Positions 39,123-47,216 are shown, counted from the first letter of the stretch. The stretch: 64,000 nt of DNA from a bacterium (GCA_021781215.1 JAJXXC010000006.1:11029-75028); one strand, 5' to 3'. The notes: generated by a model not told the origin, from the sequence alone. Made by a program: numbers and translations.

Positions 39123-39914
39123 ATGAATAATAGTCCCAAAAAGTCACTTGGACAGCACTGGTTAAATGATCAACAGACACTCAATAATATCGCTAGCTAT
39201 GCTGACATTAGTAAACAAGATTATGTCCTAGAAATAGGCCCTGGACTTGGTAATTTAACTTCTTTGATTTCAGACCAGGCGGGGAGCGTTCTGGCCGTTG
39301 AAATAGATCAGGACCTGTTTAATAATTTAAAGACCGCCAACAAAGAATCCAACACAGAATTTGTTAATCAGGATATTTTAAAATTTGATCTGACAAAGCT
39401 ACCTAAGAACTATAAATTGGTGGCTAATATCCCATATTACCTAACTTCGCACCTAATTAGATTATTGGTTGAGTCAACCAATCCTCCGATCAAAGTGGTC
39501 TTATTAATTCAGAAAGAAGTTGCCGAGAGAATTGCCGCTGGCCCTGGCTCTATGTCTACCTTGTCGGTTGTAGCTCAACAGTATTATCGGGTAGATAAAA
39601 AAGATATTGTTCCAGCAAAACTATTCACTCCACCACCAAAGATAGATTCGCAGGTTATCGTCTTGACTAGAAGGCCTAGTCCGGTCATCGTGACCAATAA
39701 TGATAAGGCTTTGTTTAGGTTGGTTAGGGTAGGATTTTCGGCTAGAAGAAAGACTCTTGAAAACTCATTAAGTAACGGGCTTAGACAAGATAAACAGAAG
39801 ATTAGAGAACTAATTGCCGAATCGTTATTAGATGCTAGTATTCGTCCACAAATGCTATCACTTGAAGACTGGGCCAGGCTATTTAAAGTATTCGAGGCGC
39901 ATGGTCTGATTTGA
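39123..39914 (+). CDS. rsmA: 16S rRNA (adenine1518/1519-N6)-dimethyltransferase
   Basis: LGQHWL, EIGPGLGNLT, NIPYY. Confidence 0.9.
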   Translation: MNNSPKKSLGQHWLNDQQTLNNIASYADISKQDYVLEIGPGLGNLTSLISDQAGSVLAVEIDQDLFNNLKTANKESNTEFVNQDILKFDLTKLPKNYKLVANIPYYLTSHLIRLLVESTNPPIKVVLLIQKEVAERIAAGPGSMSTLSVVAQQYYRVDKKDIVPAKLFTPPPKIDSQVIVLTRRPSPVIVTNNDKALFRLVRVGFSARRKTLENSLSNGLRQDKQKIRELIAESLLDASIRPQMLSLEDWARLFKVFEAHGLI

Positions 39915-39978
39915 GTCCCCTACCCCAGCCATATGATATACTTAACATGTTAAGTAATAATTTATTTAAAAAAATTTT

Positions 39979-40422
39979 ATGTTTCAATCACCAGAAAATA
40001 TAGATATAATATTAGAACATATTACTTCCCTGATGACAAGTAAATATGATCAGCTTTTATTGGAGCAGTTAGGGGTAGGCTATGCTCAATATAAAATATT
40101 GGTGCAATTTGAAGAAAGCCATATAAACCGGCAGAACATTATAGCTAAAAATCTTGGTCAAACTGAAGCCAGCATTACCAGACAAATTAAAATACTTAGC
40201 CGCAAGGGTTTGATCACTAGAGGGGTGGATCCTAATAGCAAAAAGACCAGAATAGTGACTCTTACTTTTTTAGGTAGAAGAATTCAGCAGGCCGCGAGAG
40301 ACATTGTTAATAAACAAAACCATGACCTTCTTATCGACTTAGACGACAAAGACAAGACTAGATTATTATCTGATTTAAACAAGCTGCATGATCAGCTTTG
40401 TTTAAAAAATAGTCACTCATAA
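39979..40422 (+). CDS. MarR-family transcriptional regulator
   Basis: Winged-helix pattern QYKILVQF..IAKNLGQTEASITRQIKILSRKGLITR. Confidence 0.7.
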   Translation: MFQSPENIDIILEHITSLMTSKYDQLLLEQLGVGYAQYKILVQFEESHINRQNIIAKNLGQTEASITRQIKILSRKGLITRGVDPNSKKTRIVTLTFLGRRIQQAARDIVNKQNHDLLIDLDDKDKTRLLSDLNKLHDQLCLKNSHS

Positions 40423-40455
40423 ACCAAAGTACGCGAGTTTCCTATTCTTAACTAT

Positions 40456-40698
40456 CTATAAGGATATTTTTATCTGAGGTTTTGGTCTATCGTTTAAGAT
40501 ATTTGAAGCAGCAAGATATGATGCTTGAGCCAGATTAGAATCTACATCATTGGAAAATATTAAACCAGGATATCTATTTGCCGTTTGATCACTTTTAGCT
40601 AACTCCACTTTATCAAAGAGTATCGGTGTAGTATTTTGGTCAATCCCTTCTAGCGATAATATATCTACCATATGGCCAATTTTTTTGCTTCTTTCCAT
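40456..40698 (-). CDS. hypothetical protein
   Basis: 80-aa ORF. Confidence 0.35.
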   Translation of the reverse strand: MERSKKIGHMVDILSLEGIDQNTTPILFDKVELAKSDQTANRYPGLIFSNDVDSNLAQASYLAASNILNDRPKPQIKISL

Positions 40699-40754
40699 TT
40701 AGATATATTATCACAAGAATGACATCTTGTCAATGGATACAGGAGTTGGTGTTA

Positions 40755-40782
40755 TGGACAATATGGGAAAATAGTGTATAAT
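40755..40782 (+). promoter_or_regulatory. putative ssrA promoter
   Basis: TGGACA-16 nt-TATAAT; the -10 box ends 11 nt before the tmRNA 5' GGGG. Confidence 0.5.
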
Positions 40783-40793
40783 TAGCTATACAT

Positions 40794-41179
40794 GGGGCTG
40801 AATTTAAGCTCGACGTTGGACATTATCAACTAAATCGGCGAGTCGCTTACTGAGCGTTATACGGTAAAAGCCAATAAATGCAAATACATTTATTAGTCGC
40901 GTAAAGTCATTCTTTACTCCGCAAAGTTATGCTTTCGCAACCTTTGCAGCTTAAACGTTGCAAACGCAAACCAGAATGACGTCAGATAGTTCGGTTTTGT
41001 GTCATTTATCTGAATGCTTAGTATTTAGTGCCCCTAAATACTACTAAGACTTAGGGCTTAGGTACCTAGTTTTTGATTATTTGTTCTCTAGGAACTGAAA
41101 ATTACAAATAATCTACACTCGTAGAAGATTAGTTAAGGTAATCCTTCGGACGTGGGTGTGATACCCACCAGCTCCACCA
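40794..41179 (+). ncRNA. ssrA: tmRNA (SsrA), 386 nt
   Basis: 5' GGGGCTGAATTTAAGCTCGACG pairs with 3' CAGCTCCACCA (includes the G3:U pair); T arm GTGGG-TGTGATA-CCCAC; internal tag frame ends ..FAA-TAA. Confidence 0.9.
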
Positions 41180-41191
41180 TAAGCATTATTA

Positions 41192-41214
41192 CCTCTGTTA
41201 ATTCAGGGGTTTTT
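41192..41214 (+). terminator. ssrA intrinsic terminator
   Basis: CCTCTG-TTAATT-CAGGGG hairpin followed by TTTTT. Confidence 0.7.
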
Positions 41215-41237
41215 GATTTTTATAACACGTTAGTATA

Positions 41238-41266
41238 TTGACAACTCCACGAAATAAAAGTTAAAT
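41238..41266 (+). promoter_or_regulatory. putative promoter of cassette gene 41312
   Basis: TTGACA-17 nt-TTAAAT. Confidence 0.4.
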
Positions 41267-41311
41267 TAGGCTAAGTAACTCTAACAAAACGAAATTAAAA
41301 AGGAAAAGCTA

Positions 41312-42223
41312 ATGTCAGAAGAAGTAAATGATAGTCAGGAACTAGTATATTTACCTAAACAATCAATATTGGGTGGTGGTGAGGATGAAGTTGATAGTGG
41401 CCCATTTCCAAAATCACCAGATGATGAGCCAACACAAGAACTTCCTATTGTTAGACCACTAGCATCCGAACAACCAACGCAGGAAGTACCTATAGTTACT
41501 CCTCCAAACACACTACCTAAGGGCGATTTGGAGTCCTTAGGCGATCAACCTGAAGATACTCGAATGAAAAATGTTGATAAGTCACATGTTGAGGCGTTAG
41601 CCTACGGAAGAAGCCCGTCGATTCCGAGACATGCTGACACTTATGCAGCAGAATCAGGTAACAAATATGAGCTTCAAATAGTAGCTGAAAGAGCCGGCAA
41701 ATCTATAGAGGAAATTGAAGAGATAATCAACGACGATATTAGTGCAAGCTTGACTTATGGTCGTCAGATGATTGAACATCAGTTGGATTTTGGTGAAAAA
41801 CTTGAGTTGAATCAAGAAGTCTTTTTAGCAATTTGTAAAATTGCTGATGCCTTAAGGGAAAAATCTAGTTCGAGTTTACCCGTGGCTATTTATCGTAGAA
41901 GACTTTATGACAACACTTTAATACTAATTAGAGGACATGATTTCGCTGGAAGAGTAGTAGGGTCTGTAATGGATCTTGAAGTATATGACCCGCAAACTAG
42001 TAGTACGAAGATATGGACTGCTTCTCCGTATAGAAGCACTCTTGTAGGTGGAGATTTAACCTACGCAGATAATGGCGTCTTTACTTTGGTTGAAACTACA
42101 GAAAACGAAGGAAAATTTATTCGGGTTAATAAGGAAAGTGTTAAGCCGTTGGATGAAGACGATGTAAGCCAGCTAAAGAATCTTGCGGATTCAATATTGC
42201 TTCGGCAAAATGACTTCAAATAA
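41312..42223 (+). CDS. hypothetical acidic protein (cassette 1)
   Basis: 303-aa ORF with internal PTQE(L/V)PIV duplication; AGGAAA SD-like element upstream. Confidence 0.5.
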   Translation: MSEEVNDSQELVYLPKQSILGGGEDEVDSGPFPKSPDDEPTQELPIVRPLASEQPTQEVPIVTPPNTLPKGDLESLGDQPEDTRMKNVDKSHVEALAYGRSPSIPRHADTYAAESGNKYELQIVAERAGKSIEEIEEIINDDISASLTYGRQMIEHQLDFGEKLELNQEVFLAICKIADALREKSSSSLPVAIYRRRLYDNTLILIRGHDFAGRVVGSVMDLEVYDPQTSSTKIWTASPYRSTLVGGDLTYADNGVFTLVETTENEGKFIRVNKESVKPLDEDDVSQLKNLADSILLRQNDFK

Positions 42224-42273
42224 ATAATAATTTAGTATGTATCACATGCCTAACGCTAAAGTTATATAGTCGT

Positions 42274-42432
42274 TTAGACCTTAGACGATTCTTTTGGTAT
42301 TTCTGCTGTTATCCAAATATCATCAGTCCTGCAGACATAGTGAGTGCGATTATATTGCTTAGAATCCCTGGGGTTATGGCTAGTTTCCTCAGTAATTATT
42401 TCCATTGGTGTATTGCATTTAGGGCAGTTCAT
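42274..42432 (-). CDS. possible zinc-ribbon small protein (52 aa, below ORF-track cutoff)
   Basis: Hand translation MNCPKCNTPMEIITEETSHNPRDSKQYNRTHYVCRTDDIWITAEIPKESSKV; CPKC...VC pattern. Confidence 0.35.
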   Translation of the reverse strand: MNCPKCNTPMEIITEETSHNPRDSKQYNRTHYVCRTDDIWITAEIPKESSKV

Positions 42433-42446
42433 TACTTATATTATAT

Positions 42447-42585
42447 ACCTAAGTTCAATACGCTCTATCCCACTCTGAACCAATAATATTCTTACATCTA
42501 CTCAGCTCTTCGTAAATTTGGTGCCAATTTTCTAATAGTTGCTCCACTATAAACATTGTTGTCTCTGTTAATGCATAGATTTTCG
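42447..42585 (+). repeat. ssrA-3'-end-mimic cassette repeat, copy 1 (diverged)
   Basis: ..GAACCAATAAT..TAAATTTGGTGCCAATTTTCTAATAGTTGCTCCACTATAAAC..TCTCTGTTAAT. Confidence 0.8.
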
Positions 42586-42595
42586 TTATGTGCCA

Positions 42596-42624
42596 TTGAC
42601 AAAACTAATAGAGTATGTTAATTT
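42596..42624 (+). promoter_or_regulatory. putative promoter, leaderless geometry
   Basis: TTGACA-17 nt-TAATTT; the -10 box ends 6 nt before the ATG at 42631. Confidence 0.45.
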
Positions 42625-42630
42625 CTGTTT

Positions 42631-42912
42631 ATGTTAGAAAACGCTAAATCAGAACAATTGGACAAAGGATACGAAATACTTAAACTTAAACTTCGGACTG
42701 CAAGACTAATGAAAGCATCGGGTTTTTTAGGAAGTATTTCTTGCGGCGTGCAGGCAGTAGAACATGGTCATGGACGTGTTCAGGATGCGCTTATAGCAGG
42801 AGTTGCTCTTTATGGTGCTTTACTTGGCGTAGGCATATCAGAAACTCATAAAGCTAAGTTAGAACTAATACGAATAGAGCCGAATAGGACAAACTGGGAA
42901 ACAAATGAATAG
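42631..42912 (+). CDS. small membrane-associated hypothetical protein (cassette)
   Basis: 93-aa ORF with two hydrophobic segments. Confidence 0.45.
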   Translation: MLENAKSEQLDKGYEILKLKLRTARLMKASGFLGSISCGVQAVEHGHGRVQDALIAGVALYGALLGVGISETHKAKLELIRIEPNRTNWETNE

Positions 42913-42918
42913 GCTCAA

Positions 42919-42977
42919 TATACTTAGTCATACACAAACTTCTTAAGTATTTACCTGTTTTAATTCAGAGGTTTTTT
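42919..42977 (+). repeat. collapsed cassette repeat (left end joined to terminator end)
   Basis: TATACTTAGTCATACACAAAC followed by ACCTGTTTTAATTCAGAGGTTTTTT; the central arm is missing. Confidence 0.55.
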
Positions 42978-43054
42978 GTATTTAATTTGTAATTATTAAG
43001 ATTGAGAGAAAGCACATCATAGCGTAAACTATAAGTGTTATTAAAAAATTGACT

Positions 43055-43207
43055 ATGCCAAATAAAAAATCTTTTAAACCAAACGGTATAAATCAACGGT
43101 TTAAGAAAGTATTTTCACCATTTCTAATTATAATTTGTATTTTAGCATCAATCGCCTTCCTGCTTTTTGTATGGGCTTTGGCTCATACCAAAAACATAGG
43201 ATATTAA
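43055..43207 (+). CDS. possible 50-aa single-TM peptide
   Basis: Hand translation MPNKKSFKPNGINQRFKKVFSPFLIIICILASIAFLLFVWALAHTKNIGY. Confidence 0.3.
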   Translation: MPNKKSFKPNGINQRFKKVFSPFLIIICILASIAFLLFVWALAHTKNIGY

Positions 43208-43281
43208 GAACAGCTGTATCTTTAGTATGGTCTAAGCATATATATTATCTACTGTAGTATTATCGTATAGATGAGTGCTTA

Positions 43282-43433
43282 ATCTTAAGTTATACAAAAC
43301 TCTTTTTGTTCTTATTCTATTCGAAACCAATAATACCCCCCCATCTAATCAGTTCTTCATAAATTGGGTGCCAATTTTTTAGTATATGCTCCACCATAAG
43401 CATTATGACCTCTGGTAATTCAGGGTTTTTTTG
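43282..43433 (+). repeat. ssrA-3'-end-mimic cassette repeat, copy 3 (full length)
   Basis: ..CCATCTAATCAGTTCTTCATAAATTGGGTGCCAATTTTTTAGTATATGCTCCACCATAAGCATTATGACCTCTGGTAATTCAGGGTTTTTTT. Confidence 0.9.
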
Positions 43434-43456
43434 TTTATTTTGCTATTATTAATCCA

Positions 43457-43891
43457 ATGGAAGAATATGATAAAGATTTATATTTTGTTGCAATAAAAGT
43501 CTTTTTAAGAGATGGTAACAAACTGCTAATAATTCATGACATTTTCGGTGATTGGGATTTACCTGGTGGACGAATTAAGAAAGATGAATTTAATACTTCC
43601 CTTGAATTAGTTCTAAATAGAAAAATGAAAGAGGAAATAGGAGAGGAGGTCGAGTATGGCGAACCTAAACAGAATGGTATTTTCTTTCGAGTAGAACGTT
43701 TAGAATATGGCATCAATCAAAACGTGAGAATATTTGCGGTGGGTTATGATGCTGAGTATAAAGGTGGTGAAGTCACCCTTGGAAAACATATAAGCGATTT
43801 TAAATGGGTTGATATTAATAATTTTAATCCTAAGGAATATTTTAGAGGTGGATGGTTAAGGGGTGTTGAAGACTACTTAATATCCAAATAA
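43457..43891 (+). CDS. divergent NUDIX-like hydrolase (cassette)
   Basis: GGRIKKDE...NRKMKEEIGEEV is a loosened Nudix box. Confidence 0.5.
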   Translation: MEEYDKDLYFVAIKVFLRDGNKLLIIHDIFGDWDLPGGRIKKDEFNTSLELVLNRKMKEEIGEEVEYGEPKQNGIFFRVERLEYGINQNVRIFAVGYDAEYKGGEVTLGKHISDFKWVDINNFNPKEYFRGGWLRGVEDYLISK

Positions 43892-43922
43892 GCATTATGA
43901 CCTATGTATATGAGGTCTTTTT
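43889..43922 (+). repeat. right-end-only repeat fragment plus terminator
   Basis: TAAGCATTATGACCT, then hairpin GACCT-ATGTATATG-AGGTC and TTTTT. Confidence 0.5.
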
Positions 43923-43946
43923 CTTTTATTTGGTATTATATAGATT

Positions 43947-44507
43947 ATGAAAAGTATAGTCTTGTTTGGTGATAGCTTCTTAGCAAATATTGATAAAGCA
44001 GCGACTCTGAAACTACAAGATAAAATACCTAATTCTGTTATATATAACTGTGCAACTGGCGGATTTGATACTAGTGATTGTCTAATTAGAGCTTCTCTAG
44101 TCTCTAAAATGAAAGCAGACTATATTATTATTTCAATAGGTACTAATGACGCTTCACCCTGGAAACAAGTTCCTCTAGAAGTTTTTAAGTCAAATTTAAT
44201 AAAAATTATAGACATTTTGAAAGATTCGAAACTTGTCTACTTTCTCCCTCCACCAGTTGATGAATCTAAACACGACCCAGCTAAGATACGAAAAAACGAG
44301 ACCATGAATGAGTATCGTGAGTCAGTAAGAAAAATATTAGGTGATAAGGTAGTTTACTTAAACTCAGACGACTTCTATGGCAAACTCGGTAAACATGGAA
44401 TTGAGTACCATATTTCTGATGGAGTCCATCTTAATCAAGTTGGTTATGTAACTCTATTTAATGAGCTCTCGAAATTGTTTACTAAATTGTTAAATTCTAG
44501 TGCCTAA
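43947..44507 (+). CDS. SGNH/GDSL hydrolase (cassette)
   Basis: GDSF block I, GTNDA block III, DGVHLN block V. Confidence 0.8.
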   Translation: MKSIVLFGDSFLANIDKAATLKLQDKIPNSVIYNCATGGFDTSDCLIRASLVSKMKADYIIISIGTNDASPWKQVPLEVFKSNLIKIIDILKDSKLVYFLPPPVDESKHDPAKIRKNETMNEYRESVRKILGDKVVYLNSDDFYGKLGKHGIEYHISDGVHLNQVGYVTLFNELSKLFTKLLNSSA

Positions 44508-44657
44508 CACTTAAGTTGTACAAACCCTCTTATCTCTATTCCAATCTGAACCAATAATCTCTCCCCATCTAATCAGTTCTTCATAAATTTGGTGCCAATT
44601 TTTTAGCAGATGATCCACTATAAGCATTACGGCCTCTGTTAATTCAGGGGTTTTTTG
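44507..44657 (+). repeat. ssrA-3'-end-mimic cassette repeat, copy 4 (full length)
   Basis: ACACTTAAGTTGTACAAAC...CCATCTAATCAGTTCTTCATAAATTTGGTGCCAATTTTTTAGCAGATGATCCACTATAAGCATTACGGCCTCTGTTAATTCAGGGGTTTTTT. Confidence 0.9.
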
Positions 44658-44691
44658 TTATATATACAGAAGATAAGTTAAACTTAATGCA

Positions 44692-45543
44692 ATGAATAAA
44701 TCCGAAGATAGCGCAGTAATTAAGTACTATAAAACCAAAGAATCGCTTTGGGGTTATAACTTGATTCTTAAGGGTGTTAAACATTTTGGATATTACCCTA
44801 AAGGAAAAGAAAATATATCTATTGCAGACGCACAAGAAATAATGAGTATTGAGGTAGGTAAACAGTTAAACTTAAGCAAGGATTCATTAGTTCTTGACGC
44901 TGGTTGTGGAGAGGGCCCAGTGTCGGTGGCTATTGCTCAGAAATATAAATATCGTCTAGAGGGTCTAGATTTGTTGGACTTTAATGTTGAACACGCAAAC
45001 GAGAGAGCTAAAAAGGCTGGTGTAAGTGATAGAGCACACTTTCAAGTAGGTAATTATTCGAAGCTAGATTTTCCCGATAATCATTTTGATGGAGTGTTTA
45101 TGGTTGAGACTTTCGTACATGCCCCAGATTACAAAAAAGTCTTAAAAGAGATTCGTAGAGTGTTAAAACCTGGCGGCAAGTTGGTTATTGCTGAATATAC
45201 TAAATCACCAGACGAAGAACTAACACCTAGGCAGAGGAGAATACTTGAAAATATCATAGTGTTTTCATCTATGCCTAGTTTCAGATACTTCATTAATGAT
45301 AAGTTTGCGGAATTAATTTCAGCTGAAGGATTTAATGACGTCAAGACGTCTAACATTAGTCAGAGAATTGAGCCAATGACTAAAAAACTATATTATATTG
45401 CGATAATTCCATATCAGATAATCCGTCTTTTTAAACTTCAAAAACACTTCATAAATACAATGTGGGGGGTATATCATTACCCGTATAATAAAATAGGCAT
45501 TTGGAGGTATAACATTACCACTTGCACTAAACCTAACAGATAG
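44692..45543 (+). CDS. class I SAM-dependent methyltransferase (cassette)
   Basis: Motif I VLDAGCGEGPVS; post-I LEGLDL; motif III-like LKPGGKLVIAEY. Confidence 0.8.
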   Translation: MNKSEDSAVIKYYKTKESLWGYNLILKGVKHFGYYPKGKENISIADAQEIMSIEVGKQLNLSKDSLVLDAGCGEGPVSVAIAQKYKYRLEGLDLLDFNVEHANERAKKAGVSDRAHFQVGNYSKLDFPDNHFDGVFMVETFVHAPDYKKVLKEIRRVLKPGGKLVIAEYTKSPDEELTPRQRRILENIIVFSSMPSFRYFINDKFAELISAEGFNDVKTSNISQRIEPMTKKLYYIAIIPYQIIRLFKLQKHFINTMWGVYHYPYNKIGIWRYNITTCTKPNR

Positions 45544-45554
45544 GTTGGTGTTCA

Positions 45555-45704
45555 ACACTTAAGTTACATAATTTCTCTTTGTTTTAGCCCATACGGAATC
45601 AATAATACCCCTCCATCTAATCAGTTCATCATAGATTTGGTGCCAATTTTTTAGCAGATGATCCACCATAAGCACTATGACCTCTGTTAATTCAGGAATT
45701 TTTG
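45555..45704 (+). repeat. ssrA-3'-end-mimic cassette repeat, copy 5 (full length)
   Basis: ACACTTAAGTTACATAA...CCATCTAATCAGTTCATCATAGATTTGGTGCCAATTTTTTAGCAGATGATCCACCATAAGCACTATGACCTCTGTTAATTCAGGAATTTTT. Confidence 0.9.
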
Positions 45705-45752
45705 TATTGGTTATGCTTGTGGAAATATACCTAAGGTATCACAATATAAATC

Positions 45753-46592
45753 ATGCGTTCCACTGAACACAGACTAGGCGGTGAATTACCAGAAGCCGAA
45801 GTTAGTAATGAGCAAATTGATGCTCGTTTAAATGAGTGGCTTGAACTCGCAAGAGCACACCCCGGTGAATTAGTCATAGTATATGAAGATATCCATCGCG
45901 TAGATTTATCTATGGCAAGAATTCGTAATGATATTGACGAGGTAGTACCTAGTAGAACTTTAGCTGGGATTACTATCGCCGAATCACCTACTATATCTAA
46001 CAACGGTTACGGGATGAGTGAGCATGACCATGCTTTATCTCTAGATATAACCCAAATATACGAATCGTTTCAATTATACAGGTTATGGTTAGGAGAGAAG
46101 TATGGAGAATTACCAAAAGTTCAAGTAGTATTTGGTAATGAAGCAGTTGCTGACTGGTTCATGCGAAGTAGTCATTTGCCTTATGTTGAACCATATATAT
46201 ACGTACTGATGGTTAAGCGTTTAGGTTTTGAACCTAAAACTACACCCGAAATAATAGCATCGGTTGCTGACTACAGAGCTAAGGTTATAATTAATCTGGC
46301 AGAGTTAGTGCTCAAACAGACTGATATTAATACAAAAATTGATAAAATTTATAAGAGTGTAGGAGGGAGGGCACAATCACTGCATAGTGGTCTAGCTATT
46401 GGGATGGCACCAGAAAGTTTCATGGAGGCAGGTTTCAGAACATATCAAAATCGCTTAGATAGAGATAATAATGCCAAACACATCGATAGATTAAAGCGAG
46501 AATTAATTAGTTTAGACATAGTAAAAGAAGAATTTTATCAGACGATTGCAGAAATATTTGGTTTAAGTTTAGACTTGCCTCGACCCGAGTAG
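45753..46592 (+). CDS. hypothetical protein (cassette)
   Basis: 279-aa ORF, no recognised motif. Confidence 0.5.
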   Translation: MRSTEHRLGGELPEAEVSNEQIDARLNEWLELARAHPGELVIVYEDIHRVDLSMARIRNDIDEVVPSRTLAGITIAESPTISNNGYGMSEHDHALSLDITQIYESFQLYRLWLGEKYGELPKVQVVFGNEAVADWFMRSSHLPYVEPYIYVLMVKRLGFEPKTTPEIIASVADYRAKVIINLAELVLKQTDINTKIDKIYKSVGGRAQSLHSGLAIGMAPESFMEAGFRTYQNRLDRDNNAKHIDRLKRELISLDIVKEEFYQTIAEIFGLSLDLPRPE

Positions 46593-46595
46593 ATT

Positions 46596-46732
46596 ATCTA
46601 TATCTCCTATACAGTTCCACCTTGTATCAATGATTCCATTCCATCTAATTAGTTCTTCATAAATTTGGTGCCAATTTTTCAATAGATACTCCACCATATA
46701 CAATGCCACCTCCGTCAATTCAGAGGTTTTTG
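46596..46732 (+). repeat. ssrA-3'-end-mimic cassette repeat, copy 6
   Basis: ..CCATCTAATTAGTTCTTCATAAATTTGGTGCCAATTTTTCAATAGATACTCCACCATATACAATGCCACCTCCGTCAATTCAGAGGTTTTT. Confidence 0.85.
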
Positions 46733-46754
46733 TTATTTTAAGCATATAAATAGA

Positions 46755-46783
46755 TTGACAAATAATAATATATAGTGTAGAAT
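46755..46783 (+). promoter_or_regulatory. putative promoter, leaderless geometry
   Basis: TTGACA-17 nt-TAGAAT; the -10 box ends 6 nt before the ATG at 46790. Confidence 0.45.
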
Positions 46784-46789
46784 ATCTTT

Positions 46790-47062
46790 ATGAATAATAA
46801 AGGTCGAGAAATAATTTCAAGAGCAGTGAATGGTGTTATGTATAGTCCGCATCCAAACGGAGAGGAACATGTTAGGTATTTTAGACTAAGAGGCTTATCC
46901 TCGATTCCAGAATCCGTACTAAATCATCTAGATGAAGCTGGATTGATGGAAACTCCCGGTATTATTTCTCCTGATATTCCTGTCGATACACCCATATTAA
47001 GGATAATTGGCTTAACTACTGATGGGATATTATTTGAGGATATACACGTTCCCAAAAGATAG
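46790..47062 (+). CDS. hypothetical protein (cassette)
   Basis: 90-aa ORF. Confidence 0.45.
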   Translation: MNNKGREIISRAVNGVMYSPHPNGEEHVRYFRLRGLSSIPESVLNHLDEAGLMETPGIISPDIPVDTPILRIIGLTTDGILFEDIHVPKR

Positions 47063-47099
47063 TCTTCTCTTTTGATATTCAATCTCTTGTTTATACTCT

Positions 47100-47216
47100 A
47101 TCTACTCATCCCAGAGTAAATATTTTCATCTTCTTATTTCTTCAAATATAAGGTGTGAATTATTTTCGAGGTGCTCCACCATGAGCATTACGGCCTCTGT
47201 TAATTCAGAGGTTTTT
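47100..47216 (+). repeat. ssrA-3'-end-mimic cassette repeat, copy 7 (decayed arm, intact right end)
   Basis: GGTGCTCCACCATGAGCATTACGGCCTCTGTTAATTCAGAGGTTTTT; the arm still reads MVEHLENNSHLIFEEIRR* on the minus strand. Confidence 0.75.
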
